Assembly: GCA_965235115.1 (NCBI GenBank)
Contig: OZ249436.1
Location: 50,408,001 to 50,472,000 of the forward strand
Length of the DNA: 64,000 nucleotides
Source of the DNA: Laetmonice hystrix
Lineage: Eukaryota
Direction: 5' to 3'
In this document: positions 14,005 through 27,022 of the stretch, in pieces
Layout: each line of letters starts with the position of its first letter
Numbering within the stretch: the first letter of the stretch is position 1
Notes under the pieces: model-generated
Database searches by the model: none
What the model was told of the DNA's origin: nothing
The model's input: only the letters and a program-made list of their open reading frames with translations
Program-made: the position numbers and the translations under genes

Positions 14005-14483
14005 ATGATGAAGGGGCTACAGCAACTGAAAAAGCAAGGGTCGTATGACGTTTACCGACCGCCGTCCCTTCAACAGTCAAGGTTTGCCACGTTACAGGAC
14101 ATTCTCGACTTGGCTGCGTTGAACGGCTGCAGTTCGCTGCAGACAAAGCCAAACTCGCCGCTTGACTTCGAGTCTTCACGTGTGATAATCGTCAACACAA
14201 AAACTCGGAAGAGTCCGAGGAAGCGGTCACTGTCTGTGTCGCCGGGTCTCGGCAGCCGGGGCAGCAGCGAGGCTAGTAGCAGCTGTGGAAGCGTGAACAT
14301 CTCGGGGACGAAATCACCGCCGGGTTCCCCACCCCCCGCCTCCGCCGGAGGGGGCGGCGGCCTCTACAACTGGATGCAATCGAGTCTCCGTAGGCGACTC
14401 CGGAAACGGGCCAAGAAATCCGCGTGTCTGTCACAGGGTCATCACCACACGCCCACTGTTGATGCTCATCACCCTCCCGCCCT

Positions 14484-14515
<32 letters not shown>

Positions 14516-16392
14516 TGGTGCCAGATGGGGGGAGCCACGATGAGGACGTGGCCTATGTGAACCACCGTAACGGTACAGTCACCGCTGTACCCATCAGTAA
14601 CATTCAAATCGCTGTCAGTGCCAGCAAGGTACTGGCTCACTCAGGCCGACCACGATCTCGGCCCAGCTCAGTCAGTTCCCGCGTCAGTACCAGGGTCAAC
14701 AGAAGCAACAGTATCAACGCCAGAGAGACACAAAGCACAAAGTCTGGTAAAACCAACAAGAAAAGACAAAAGAAAGTTCTTGGAGGAGCCTGGGGGTTGT
14801 TTCATTGTGTGGGTGCTGGGGCCCGATCTCGGTCATGTACCCCAGAACGACATGTGAATTATAGAGTAAGATCGCGATCAGTTACCCCGGAGAGATACGT
14901 CAATGTTCGTGTGAACGGTACCCCTACCGGTAAAACATCGGGAATGAAAGGTCGGAGTAAGAGCAAGGGTCGCCGGAAAGGCTACGTGGACTCGGAGGAT
15001 TACGACAAGGAGAATCAGTATGATATGTGGAGACTGATCCGGGAGAAGTTGGAGGCTGGAGACGGTACGGGGACCCCTGAGAGACTGTCCCGCCGGGATA
15101 CGCTCCCATACCGGGCGCGGGCCAGTGTTAATATCAACCGCGAGGAAGGAGCCGTCGATTACGGACAGGATTCGGTCGTTTCTCATTCTGTCTCAGAAAA
15201 AACATATTCCCAGCGGCTTCCGTTCGAGTCTGAGACACGCGGTTATCTTCACCGCGTCCCGTCCACTGACGTGTACTCGATTCACAGCGACCGACTTCCT
15301 CTCAAGGTTGTCGGGGGCCACGAGGGTTCTAACAGGGAGTACGCGGGGTCGGAGGCGGGTCGGGCTGGGACGGCGAGCGAGGCCGGAGCACCGTTCAGGA
15401 GGGCGCCGTCCACGTGTTCGGTGTACGGGACGGAAGCCAACAGCCTCCCGGCCAGGTATCGTAACCGACCCCTGCCACCCATCCCGACCTCAGGCGATCG
15501 GCCGCCCAAACCACCAGAGTCAGGAATACACCTGGCGAAAATCCTCAATTTTGACAAGTTCATGAAGAGTAAGTGGATATCAGGCATTGCAGTGACCCGC
15601 AAGAACGAACTAGTCGTTGTTGATCTGAAGGAGGCGTACCTGATCGACGAGGATGGAAACTTAAAACGTAATATTGGAACAGGCAAGGGACCGAACAGTC
15701 TTAAAGAGCCAATCGACGTTGCCGTCATGCCGAATGGTAATCTAGTCTTCTCCGATCATGCTGATCAGGAGGTGAAAATATATAACCCCAAAGGACAATT
15801 CTTGCGGAAAATTACGGACAAATGTTTGGCTAATATCGCGGGCGTTGCCACAGGTGACAGGAGGCAGGTTTACGTGGCTGGCACAGACAAAAGGTGTATT
15901 ACGGTTCACAGTGAGGACGCTGGGTTATTACGTACAATTCCTGATAAAGACAGTTGTAGCACGGCCACCAAGTCCACATTCGAGCACCCCTACAGTATCG
16001 CGGTAAACCCCCTGACCGGTGACGTCATAATTGGTGATGATTACAAACAGCTCGTGGTGGCTGTGAGCAGCGATGGTCGCGTCCTCTGGCGGTACTGTCC
16101 GACAGGAGATCGGCACTTCTTCCCCTGCTCTATCGCTGTCGATACGGAGGGCTACGTTTTCATCGCTGACCTGTACAACGAGAAAATATACATGCTCGAT
16201 TCGAGCGGCAAGTATTTAAAGACATTGCTGTCTCGCGGAGATGGGCTCAAGGGCGGGCCCGGGGCCATAGCAGTGGACACTCGCGGACATTTAATAGTGG
16301 CCGACGAGGAACGGACATTGAGAATATTTAAATATTCTGATAAAGGGTTCGCACTCTACCGGAGATTCAGTCTCAACCCTGCCGCTTCGTGA
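14005..16392 (+). CDS. NHL-repeat (six-bladed beta-propeller) protein with a long low-complexity N-terminus; TRIM-NHL-like C-terminus, no RING or B-box in this exon
   Basis: Uninterrupted ORF of about 795 codons (first ATG at 14005; the track starts at GTG 13990). The C-terminal part of about 260 aa has NHL-type repeats such as LKEPIDVAVMPNGNLVFSD, FEHPYSIAVNPLTGDVIIGD, FFPCSIAVDTEGYVFIAD and GPGAIAVDTRGHLIVAD. A possible splice acceptor at 13964-13965 leaves the true N-terminus uncertain. Confidence 0.92.
14485..14514 (+). repeat. (CAG)10 encoding polyglutamine in the NHL protein
   Basis: Ten pure in-frame CAG codons (Q10). Confidence 0.95.
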
Positions 16393-16990
16393 TGTGACCG
16401 TGTGACATTGAGTCATGATGTTATGAGAGAAAGGATGACAGCTTTGGTTGTTTCTGTACAGATCACAGTGTACATAACATGAAGTTTAAAATGATGACCG
16501 AATTTATATAGCCATATACATTTGTGTATGTACATATACAATAATTGATATACTTTGACTATAACATTAATATGGCCAGTTATCTTCATATCTTTACATA
16601 CTCGTCCCTTACTCTGGTCACCGGGGGCATTCATGTCAAAGAGCAGAAATCGATTATACAAGACATTTGATCCAAGTTTTGAGATTTTGATCATATTGAG
16701 ATGCATACCACTTTTTTCTGATTATGTTAATGATGCAAGGAAAAACAAAAGACACTCGGTATACGTTCGGTCAAGGACTTTTAGTGTTTCATGTCGCAAT
16801 GCATTTGAATGTTTGACCAAGTCAAACATGGTTGTACATAATTCCTGTATATAGTTTTGTATGTACATGTATGTATATAAATATCTTCCCTGTATGTATG
16901 TAAATGAATCACCGTTAATTCTGGTTAGCCTCCAAGGCATCTTAATCCATTGAGATTAAAACATTTTGACAGAGACTGTTGTGTCGTAGT
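16393..16990 (+). promoter_or_regulatory. Putative 3' UTR with five Pumilio elements and an ATTAAA poly(A) signal
   Basis: TGTA[C/T]ATA at 16469, 16529, 16833, 16846 and 16872. ATTAAA at 16955 is followed by the GT-rich GACTGTTGTGTCGT at about 16973-16987. Confidence 0.6.
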
Positions 16991-17139
16991 ATCTACTTAT
17001 TAAAACGATAATTAACTGTTGCTGGGGAGGGTACGGGTGGTCAAGCTGAAGAGAACACCTTTTTTCACAGGACTTTCTAATATGGGCTCTTCTGCGTTCC
17101 AAAATCATTTGCGGAGCATTCATACACAGTGTCAATGCT

Positions 17140-17275
17140 GGGAGTGCGGGGGTGGGGGTGGTGGTGGGGGGGGGGGGTCGGTCAGCATGGTCAATTCAGA
17201 AAGTTCTTTGGGGGAAAAGAAAACCCCGGTTACCAAGGGGGTTGGGGGTTGGTTATCCCCCCGGATCGGCCACTG
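17140..17275. mobile_element. G-rich MITE relic, same family as about 46430-46567
   Basis: Both copies share GTCAGCATGGTCAATTCAGAAAGTTCT (17181 and 46485), CCAAGGGGGTT and a CCCC(C/G)GATC..CCACT right end. Confidence 0.6.
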
Positions 17276-18917
17276 GTTATAGACACATTAAACTACACCC
17301 CCCACTATACGTAACATTACATTCACACCGACACCTTCACACGTCTACACATATTTTGTATACGTCATACTGTAAATATACAGCGACCAGTTTTCACACA
17401 GTTCCCTCACTGAGGCGTCCCACGTTCGGTGTCAGCTACCACAGCGTCCCCTAGCCGAGTTAAAGCCGCTGAAACCAGCAGCGGTCGGTATTTACATTAC
17501 TGACATCGACACCCCGGAAACGTGGAGTCCGGTTCGTCGACTTGAATTCCAATGTCGCCATGACGGAGCATGTGTTGTGGGCGCTCCTTCCGGGGTGCCA
17601 ACAGCCGCTAGGTGGCCTTTGGGGTCAAAGGACGTGACGCCGCCCCCCCCCCCCCCCAGCTCCCGCCACCCCCGACCACAGTCACAGCACTCGTCGATGA
17701 CTGGCGACCAGGGAATGTTATTAGTTCTATTAACCTTTCCATCCTGGGGGCGGTTTGACGAGGTCCCACGCCAGCAGGCTGGGTGTGGCGAGGTGAGGCT
17801 CGCATAACTCTCACTCCAATCAACACGGAGGCTGTAATTTTCCGAAATGTAAGTTGTGATATGTGATAGGCCCATAACGTACCGCACCACGAATAGTAGC
17901 CGTCAAACTTACAGAAATCTTTATTGAGAGATGCTCACGAGTAAATTAAAGTAAAGTAAAAATCACGAGTAACACCCTCGAGCATGTAGCTGCTTATTAA
18001 AAAAATGGTATTAAAGGCTAAGAGGCATTTTTGGACCTTTTCATGCTTTATACAAATTGTTAGCCCTGTTTTTACATCTGGTAATAATTCACGTCATATT
18101 ATATCTCAGGAAGAGTTACAGCGCTGGATCTGTGTCACTGTTTTGGTAAGGTTTCTGTATTTATTGTGGCAGATTTTTTGTGCGCCATTCGTAATTTATG
18201 ATTATAACATTTGTAATATTTGTGGGTGTCGTTAGAATCATCACTAGACTTCTTCTAAAACTTATAGGCTATATATTTGTAAATTATTGTTTGCAGTGCG
18301 AAAAAATAACATTCACTTTAACTATAGTCTACTTGTTGCAAGAAATTTAAAATGCTAAGTTGTATGATGCAGAAGTTTGTGCAGATAAAGCAGTAATTAC
18401 ATGTACTTTATGTACGTACAGGTTCTTGACCTATCGCAAAGTAACTTCATGAACTTTCACCCAAAATGTTGTTCCGATTCAGCGCTAATGTGACCTGCGC
18501 TCCATCCATTCCAAGTTTCCTGACCAGATGCGGTTACAAAGTTCTGTCCTAGAATTTTATCCGACCCAAGTTCTACTTTATACAGTGTCGCAGCGTGGGT
18601 GACCGGCTTGGGCAGGGGTGGGTCTAGTTGAGCGTGAAGCGGGGTTGGTTGTGGGGGGGGGGGGTAGGGTAGCGGTAGGAAGGGGAGGGGGCATCGCCAT
18701 GACCTCTATGACTGCCACATATCTCCGTATCTTCCTTTCAGGGTAAAAAGTCAAGAATGTCCACTTGGTTTCCGCATTGAGTGTCCGATGATTGAACGAG
18801 ACGCGTTGTTTATCTGACAGCAACAACGTCTGTCGGGGAAACTCTAGATAGATGTAGCGTGAAGTCGTTTGTATGGGAAACTCAACGAATACTGAAAGTC
18901 TCGACAGGTGCAGATCA

Positions 18918-19790
18918 TGGCCGGCCTGGGGAGGGTACGGGTGGTGGCCGGCCTGGGGAGGGTACGGGTGGTGGCAGGCCTGGGGACGGTACGGGTGGAG
19001 GCCGGCCTGGGGAGGGTACGGGTGGTGGCCGGCCTGGGGAGGGTACGGGTGGTGGCCGGCTTGGTGAGGGTACGGGGTACGGGTGGTGGCCGGCCTGGGG
19101 AGGGTACGGGTGGTGGCCGGCCTGGGGAGGGTACGGGTGGAGGCCGGCCTGGGGAGGGTACGGGGTACGGGTGGTGGCCGGCCTGGGGAGGGTACGGGTG
19201 GTGGCCGGCTTGGGGAGGGTACGGGGTACGGGTGGTGGCCGGCCTGGGGAGGGTACGGGTGTTGACCGGCTTGGGGAGGGTACGGGGTACGGGTGGTGGC
19301 CGGCCTGGGGAGGGTACGGGTGGTGGCCGGCCTGGGGAGGGTACGGGGTACGGGGGGAGGCCGGCCTGGGGAGGGTACGGGTGGTGGCCGGCCTGGGGAG
19401 GGTACGGGTGGTGGCCGGCCTGGGGAGGGTACGGGTGGTGGCCGGCCTGGGGAGGGTACGGGGTACGGGTGGTGGCCGGCCTGGGAAGGGTACGGGTGGT
19501 GGCCGGCCTGGGGAGGGTACAGGGTACGGGTGGTGGCCGGCCTGGGGAGGGTACGGGTGGTGGCCGGCCTGTGGAGGGTACGGGTGGTGGCCGGCCTGGG
19601 GAGGGTACGGGGTACGGGTGGTGGCTGGCCTGGGGAGGGTACGGGTGGTGGCCGGCTTGGGGAGGGTACGGGGTACGGGTGGTGGCCGGCCTGGGGAGGG
19701 TACGGGTGGTGGCCGGCCTGGGGAGGGTACGGGTGGAGGCCGGCCTGGGGAGGGTACGGGTGGTAGGCCTGGGGAGGGTATACGGGTGGG
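18918..19790. repeat. GC-rich minisatellite, 27-bp unit with 33-bp variants, about 30 copies
   Basis: Unit GGCCGGCCTGGGGAGGGTACGGGTGGT. Some copies carry an extra GGTACG hexamer. Confidence 0.97.
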
Positions 19791-22700
19791 CGGCCGTGAG
19801 AACCGGGCAAAGATTGCTTGGTCCTCTCCTTCATGTCTCTCTCCCCTACTCGGTCCCTCCTTCCAGACGTGGGGCAGTGTTTCCACTGTATTAAACTATA
19901 GTAGCAGTACAAAACTGTTCAGTCCCCCTTGTTTACCTCGTGGTGTGGCCCCCTCAACATCAACACCCTTCACGCCAATTAAATTCTTTCCCCAGGAGTG
20001 CACTAAAGGTAACATATAACATCATACACACATAGTACCAGGTAATTAGCCTCTCTGTTCATCATGATGTCAGCATCAAGCCTACCTCAGCACATTGTGG
20101 AGGCATGTGGCCGATAATTCCCGTACTCTCACCCCGTTGATGGGTTGGCTATCGGTACATGCATATCATGCCATCACGTAGAGCGCAGCATCAACATTTT
20201 TTTTATCGTGTCTGTGAGGCAACAACCTAGACCAAGCAAACCAAAACGGGGCATGCATCGGACCTGACAGGCATGGGGTGGGGGTGGGGGTGGAGGGGGG
20301 TTGGGGTGATCTATGGCGCATGTTCGAGAGTCTCAACCCAAAGCTTTGTACCGGCACTTCTTTCCCGTATCGATTCGAGTGGTGAGCAACACGTGAAAAA
20401 TGACCGGGAAAACCCAGATGTCTGATCATTTATTATCCACTCTCCTTGTTTCTATGAAACAGTTTGGAAGGTATAACTTTGTACCCGAGTCACGTTCTTT
20501 GGTTGAAACATGCAGTCTCACTCCGCCACATACAGTCGGCACGGGAGGGGTAACATCGCCAGACAAAGACCATCCCAACTTTCTCTCTCTCTCCTTTATT
20601 TAACATTTTATCATTCGCCCATTTTCCTATCTTCTTTTCTTTTTCTATATGAATGCCCCTCCCTCGACCAGCTAGCCCTGGATCCAATCATCAGCCATCC
20701 TCCACCTTTCTCGTCCATCATCCAGCCTAGCGCCACCCCCTACCCCCACCCCTTGTCACCCTCCCCTCCCCCTGCCCCCTGCCCTCCCTCGTACAACCTT
20801 TGACTGGTACATTTCCCCCTCCTTCCCTATAATGTACGCCAAAACTCCGTTCTCTCGGCGCCTACATCACTTTCACTCGACTGGTTGGCTCGATGACAAC
20901 TCTTGTTCTCTCCTCTATACTGCATGCTCGGATCGACAAATACAGATTGGAGCATATTATTGTGAACAACAGACAACCGGGAACAAACAATAAAGGAAAC
21001 AACCAGACAAAAATCAACATACATGTTTTGCGTATCAAACAATAAGAAAAAGAAACAGTTCTCAGTCACTTAGGTGATTCTATGTGAACATAATTCAAAT
21101 GATGAAACTCATCACAAGCAGTATTGGAGGGAGGGGGTTCCAAGGTCCAGAACTATTTTTAAAATTTAACGCTATTTTTTAATTTTTCTCTTGCAGTTAT
21201 ATATACTTAGTCCCCTGAACTCCTCTCTCATTTCTTTTCTGTTCGACCCTCTTTCATCGAACCCCTCCCATCCGCCCCTTTTCGAAATCCTGGATCCTTC
21301 CTTAATACAAGAGTTCGGACCGAGTACTTGAAACCAAAACGTCATGTATAAACCCCATGAAAATTATGTCGGGTATGCCGTGTTCAAAAACCTCTTCATA
21401 CAATCTGGACAGAATACTAAGCGTTCATACTATGTGGTTAGAAAGCTGAATCGGTCTTGTTTGTCGAAGAAAATACTATCGAGGAAAATCGTCGGGTTGT
21501 TTGCTTTTTTTGTACGTTGCTATATCGGTATTTGTGACCGTGCCATGGGCAGTATACGCAATGACATGTAACCTACTTGTTAACACAAGAAACCGAAATG
21601 TTAAAATAATGCATTATTGGCATAATAACTTGTAGAGTTACATTAACTAGGTAGAACTTCTCTTGAAGACATAATGGAATTTTCCATAAGAAGAACATTC
21701 TTTCATGGACGTTTAAACCTACCTGACTTTTCTGTTTGAAGATGTTAAGGAACCCGGTGGAAAAGACGAACATAAAACCACTACGAGGCTATGTAAACAC
21801 TCAACACAGTCATATTGTTCAAGTCAAGGAACGACAAATCCGGGGGAATTAGTAGGACCCACCGAATACTTCATATATTACGTAATAACCTATTAACCCA
21901 TACTCGCTCCATTCAGGGGCAATATAATAGAGTCCAACGTTTGCCCTTTTCTATACCCCCAACTGTTAGGATGTTTATTGGAGAGATTATCTGTCTTTTC
22001 ATGCTACACAAGGACGATAAAAAAGTGGCCCCTGTTATGACGTTGACGGTATAGCGTTGACGTTACGGTTGACTGGTAAGACTCTGCTTTCATTGGACAA
22101 TTGTAAACTCGACAAGGGAGTGTCCGTTAGAAAGGGACTGCTTCAAGACTGGATAGTAACACAATCAAGGTTCTTTTAAATCTCCTCAACCTGATCTTTC
22201 CCAGCCAATACCATCCTTTTGTCGGTGAACTACCCTTCTGCCTCGGCAATAAGTTCAAGTTGCCTGAAGCTATCGCTGAAATCAGTTAAAAGGTGGTGAC
22301 TTCGAAATTCAAACCTTGCTATAAAGAAATCTGTTAACTGTTGATTTGGACGGTCTGTTGTCCGTTAGTGACGGTACGTCAACTTGGTGTCACATCTGGT
22401 CCGGAAGTCCAGATATTTCAACGACTGCTGTCGTCCATATCAGACCTGATCCCTCGGCGACAATTAAAAAACGGGTTTAGTTCACGTAAAAAGAATGAAT
22501 TAAAGACCAATAAAGAGGCTCTTGTCACAGTACAAATGTGGAGTTAAGGAGATTTAGAAATAAGACCCGTCTTTCCTCGACGTTTTTTGAATTCGAGAAT
22601 GAAGCATTTATGGCATCCAGTTATATATTTATCAAATCTGCCTATAGGCCTGCATATTATTGTGTGTTCCTGAGACAGGCGACCCTACTCTCGCGTATTC

Positions 22701-24598
22701 CAACATCCTCTTGCCCCCTCACGTCATGTGTACACAACCAGGCGAGGATATCGACAAGTTCTACGAAAGGGTCCATGGTTGTCACTGACAAGGACGTCGA
22801 GCTTTGTGGGCGTGATGATGTAGGCCTACACAATTACAACTGACGACAGGCATGACTACCAAAAAAACGTTTTTGTAGCCTAGTCTTTTATTTCCCATCG
22901 GTTAAACCCCCATAGAACACGTAAAAATGATTACGAAGTCAGAAACGCGGTTGACTTTAATGTTCAATGATTAGCAAGCATTGTAACCCCTATAACAGCT
23001 ATAGGCCCTAGTGGTTATAGCCTTGTTGTGTATTATACGGCGTCAGACGCCATGTAAACTCCTATATGTTTACTATAGTTTACAGTGTTTGTTTTATTAC
23101 GACAGAGAGATAGAATTGTGATTTTTGTGATGAACATGAATGTTAGTACCGAGTTAGGTCACGTCAAAGGGAAATTTTAGATGTAGGATTATGTCACCAT
23201 TGACTGCATCCTAACCAATGAGACAACCTAACTTTACCAGTATTAACCATGTTGCGTCAATACCAATGGACCCAGCGAAACTTTAGAGCCTTGATTGTAA
23301 TTGAACCTTTCATCCGGCGTTGTGACAACATAAATCATTAAGTCGTTCTTACACACCGGACTCGAACAATGTGCTCCGGTATCCCCATCTATAGCTGGAC
23401 GATTAAACGTCTATTTGTCGAGGGTGTTTGGGGACAAAGGACGGCAGGTTGGACGTGATTGAGTGACCCGGCCGGGTATTGTGTGAGGACCGGCCGGGTA
23501 TTGTGTGAGGACCGGCCGGAGTGGTCGGGTTGTCGGAATGTCCGGGCTGGCTGGGCTGGCACGGCCGTCTGACGGTATATACAACACTCGACATCTAGGT
23601 GACACGATGCGGGATAGCCGGCTATTGTCAGGATGAGCGAACGGTGAAATCACTTGAGTAGAGATAGATAAAAAATGGAGAAATCGAGGAAAATAGCGAT
23701 GAAGATTATTTCACACGAGTGTAACTTACGCCCCATGGGCGTGCACTTGTGAGTTTACTGTATAGATTGAGGTAGGCTTATCATTGTTATCAGGGCCACC
23801 GAGAACTAGCTTGGGCCCAGGGGCAAAATCTTCCCTCCCTTTTACATTGAAGAAAATATATAAGAAAATATATAAGAAAATCTTTAAGAAATTATAAATC
23901 CAGGACCTCGGTATAGGCCCGAGTCGGAGGCCTTCAAGTATCCCTTCAAACTCCTGGCGCGTTTCCAGATGTAAGGTGTACATGGAAGCTTATCATTTTG
24001 CTCACACCACAGCACCATCTGGTGGTTTGGCCCCAAACTAACCTGTCCACGCCACGCGAAGTTGATCGCCATATGACCGTTATAACTCAACTTTTGTTTT
24101 ATTTGTGCATAGTTTTGATTCCAGTCTCAAGAATACGAAATAACCTATTCTGAAGACGGTCACACCCTACCGTTAAGGGGTAAAAGCTCGCTAGGTAAAA
24201 GGTAAACAACAACACAATAGTCTGGCGAATACAGGCTATATTGGTCTATTAATAGGCCTACAATAACCACGCCCGTAATTGTATATTTGGTCAGGGCGTC
24301 TCCTAGTGACATTAACATGTACATGTAGCTACTACTGACGTGTTAATGGGGGGGGGGGGGGGGGTAGTGGGGGTCATTGGGCAATCCTCACTCTCTGACG
24401 GTCTGCAACAAATTATGAATCAAGGCCTATGTAGCCAACAGTTACACCCATTACCCCGGCTACCATACTCTCCAACGGCAGACATACAGTACATGCAGGC
24501 CTGTAGCTAAGATTTATTAGGGGGGGGGGGCGTAGGTATTTTGCCATATGGGCTTCTGTTGTCAAGGTGACTTAATTTGGGCGGCACAGGAAAATTAA

Positions 24599-25130
24599 AA
24601 GGGCATATTATGAGGAAACGTTAAAAATCGGTATTTCATAGAACTTAAATTGCTGTTTTCATAAAGAGATCCTTCATTAAAATTGCTTAGTAAACAAAGA
24701 CAGACTTATCAGTTTCATTTTGCGTGAGAAATCGAAGTTTATTAAGCTCCCTTGCCCGCTTCTCTGCCGATTTCGTAAAATATTTTTTGGGTGGCATTCT
24801 GATGCCGGGCGATCGAGTGCCACTGCTGAATTGTTTACAACTAAGCAAAGCACGTGACTAATCACATGCAGAGAGTGCACACGCAGGATGTGACACAGTA
24901 TGCAATTACACGGGTTGATGGGAGGGTTGTCTACCAAATTATGGCGGGAGATGTGCTATCGGGAGAAATCTATAGGTTTGGTCGTATAGAATCTACTTGT
25001 GCTGCATACGCAGCGAAAACATGTCGGAGGACAAAATGCTGTGGTAGGATTATTTACTTGGATCCCTAGTACACGGTCATGTTGGATAATTGCCGGAAAT
25101 TAAAAAAACCGTGTTTCATAGCATGCCCCT
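24599..25130. mobile_element. TTAA-flanked Kolobok-like MITE, about 530 bp
   Basis: TTAA|AAGGGCATATTATGA ... TCATAGCATGCCCCT|TTAA imperfect TIRs. A truncated inverted copy lies at 47907-48169. Confidence 0.75.
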
Positions 25131-26028
25131 TTAAAGGGCCACAATTTAAGGAATAATTTTTTTAATGTTTTGCATCTTTGTGAGGCATTCGAGTTAAATG
25201 TAAAACAAAAATTTGGGTGAAAATCGTTGTCTTGGCCAAGAAATGGCGTTACCTCCAACAGGTCACTTAAGGCCACCCCCCCCCCCCCCCACCAGCTTGC
25301 GGCTTGATTACAGGCCAATCAACGCTATTTTCAGATACTTATTTCGGACCTCTTTACACCATCATACGAAAAACGCTAAGTCAGTCGAAAGATTTTACCC
25401 TTTTAAGTGCTTACCAATGTCGCCAAAAACAATGGGGAAGGGAGGGAGCATTTAGCTTTCTGCCAAAGACGGATGTTCCTATCCAACCTATTGCATTTAG
25501 GTTTTGGAACAGGGCTGTAAACATTCGGGAACAGAAATATGCGGGAGACACCCAGCCACCCCACCCCCGTTCGTGAGTGCCGTTACGTAGGAGAGAAGCA
25601 TGCCCCCTGAAATTTTTTGAAATTTAAAGGCAATGGAAAAGTTCCTCACTAACGTACCTTTGAACACCAGTAACACCATGTGAAGTGTCTAAGGTCGCAC
25701 CGATAAGTGCATGAACACTGTCTAAGGCGACTTTTAAAAAATACCGCGTGGGTCACGCGCTATTTTCACGCGAGTCAGGGGGAGCTGTGTATGACGCGGC
25801 GTCCCAAACACCAGCTAATCGTGGTTTTAGTTTTACGGGAAGTTTTTCAAGTCTGCTAAAACACAAACAAAAGGTGGAAAATTACCTCCATCTCCGATCT
25901 CGGCGATCTAGTCCGTCGCTGTTAGTAAAACGGCCCCCTAGACCCTGTTTCTGTTAGACTTTTATCAACAGGGTCTAGATCCAGCGCCACGCGTTACCCC
26001 GTGGCAATCCTGCGCTGGCTTCATCGGA

Positions 26029-26248
26029 CACTCACTCACTCACTCACTCACTCACTCACTCACTCACTCACTCACTCACTCACTCACTCACTCACTCACT
26101 CACTCACTCACTCACTCACTCACTCACTCACTCACTCACTCACTCACTCACTCACTCACTCACTCACTCACTCACTCACTCACTCACTCACTCACTCACT
26201 CACTCACTCACTCACTCACTCACTCACTCACTCACTCACTCACTCACT
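26029..26248. repeat. (CACT)n microsatellite, about 55 units
   Basis: Pure tetranucleotide run. Confidence 0.98.
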
Positions 26249-26782
26249 ATATACGACTGGTGACTCATTACTGACTCTGCACTCTTACCGGTGACAGCAG
26301 ACACCTTTTTCTCTCTCTTCACACCCTTATTGGGGTATGTCAACAAATACAGAGTTTGTGTGCGGCTATCGTTTGCAACCCTCTCTGGAATCGTCGATAG
26401 ATCTGTCGCCATCTTGCTTCGAATTGGTTTAGCGGTGACGTCATGGGCATGTTTCTGGTAAAACTGGAATCGCAGCGGGACGTGAATGCCGGCACTCTGG
26501 CCGCCAGGGCCGAGAATCTGCGTGGTTCGTTCCGCCTGGCGTAGGGCAGACAAGCAGACGACGCCAGCGGGAGAATGTCTAGCTATATTTCAGTTGATTA
26601 TTTCTTTATTAAAGATCAGACCATCACAGGAGGTAGGTAGGAACAAGCTTGTTCATGCTGAACACCCTTATATTGATAGTTTGAAATTTTTCGTCACCTT
26701 TAAGGTGTAGTTTGGTGACACTTGGTGCATGTTCGAGCACAAGATAACTGCTTGAAGTTAGAGAGAGAGCTTGGACTGTACG

Positions 26783-26809
26783 GTGTGTGTGTGTGTGTGT
26801 GTGTGTGTG
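26783..26809. repeat. (GT)n microsatellite
   Basis: Pure dinucleotide run. Confidence 0.95.
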
Positions 26810-27022
26810 CAGGGTATACCCCAGTGAGTGCTTGCAAAGTGTTAAATTTAGGGGAACTTGGACTGGGGGGGAGTTCAATGAACTTATTTATTTTTGTCTC
26901 ATATGCCATATAAAAGCTTCCAATCCGCTCATTGTGATACTGTTAGCCCATTACCATTAACAATACTGTTAGCCCCAGTTAAAGCATGAGGCGCACCCCT
27001 CTTCGGCCTGTATAGGCGTACG

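Noticed and set aside
14070..16116. Antisense and alternative-frame ORFs overlapping the NHL CDS
   Set aside because: They are expected shadows of a GC-rich coding exon and show no independent features.
18578..20019. Long Pro-rich and Gly-rich ORFs (up to 444 aa) on both strands
   Set aside because: They arise from a stop-free GC-rich minisatellite with unit lengths divisible by 3. Nearly all frames are open, with no sign of codon-level constraint.
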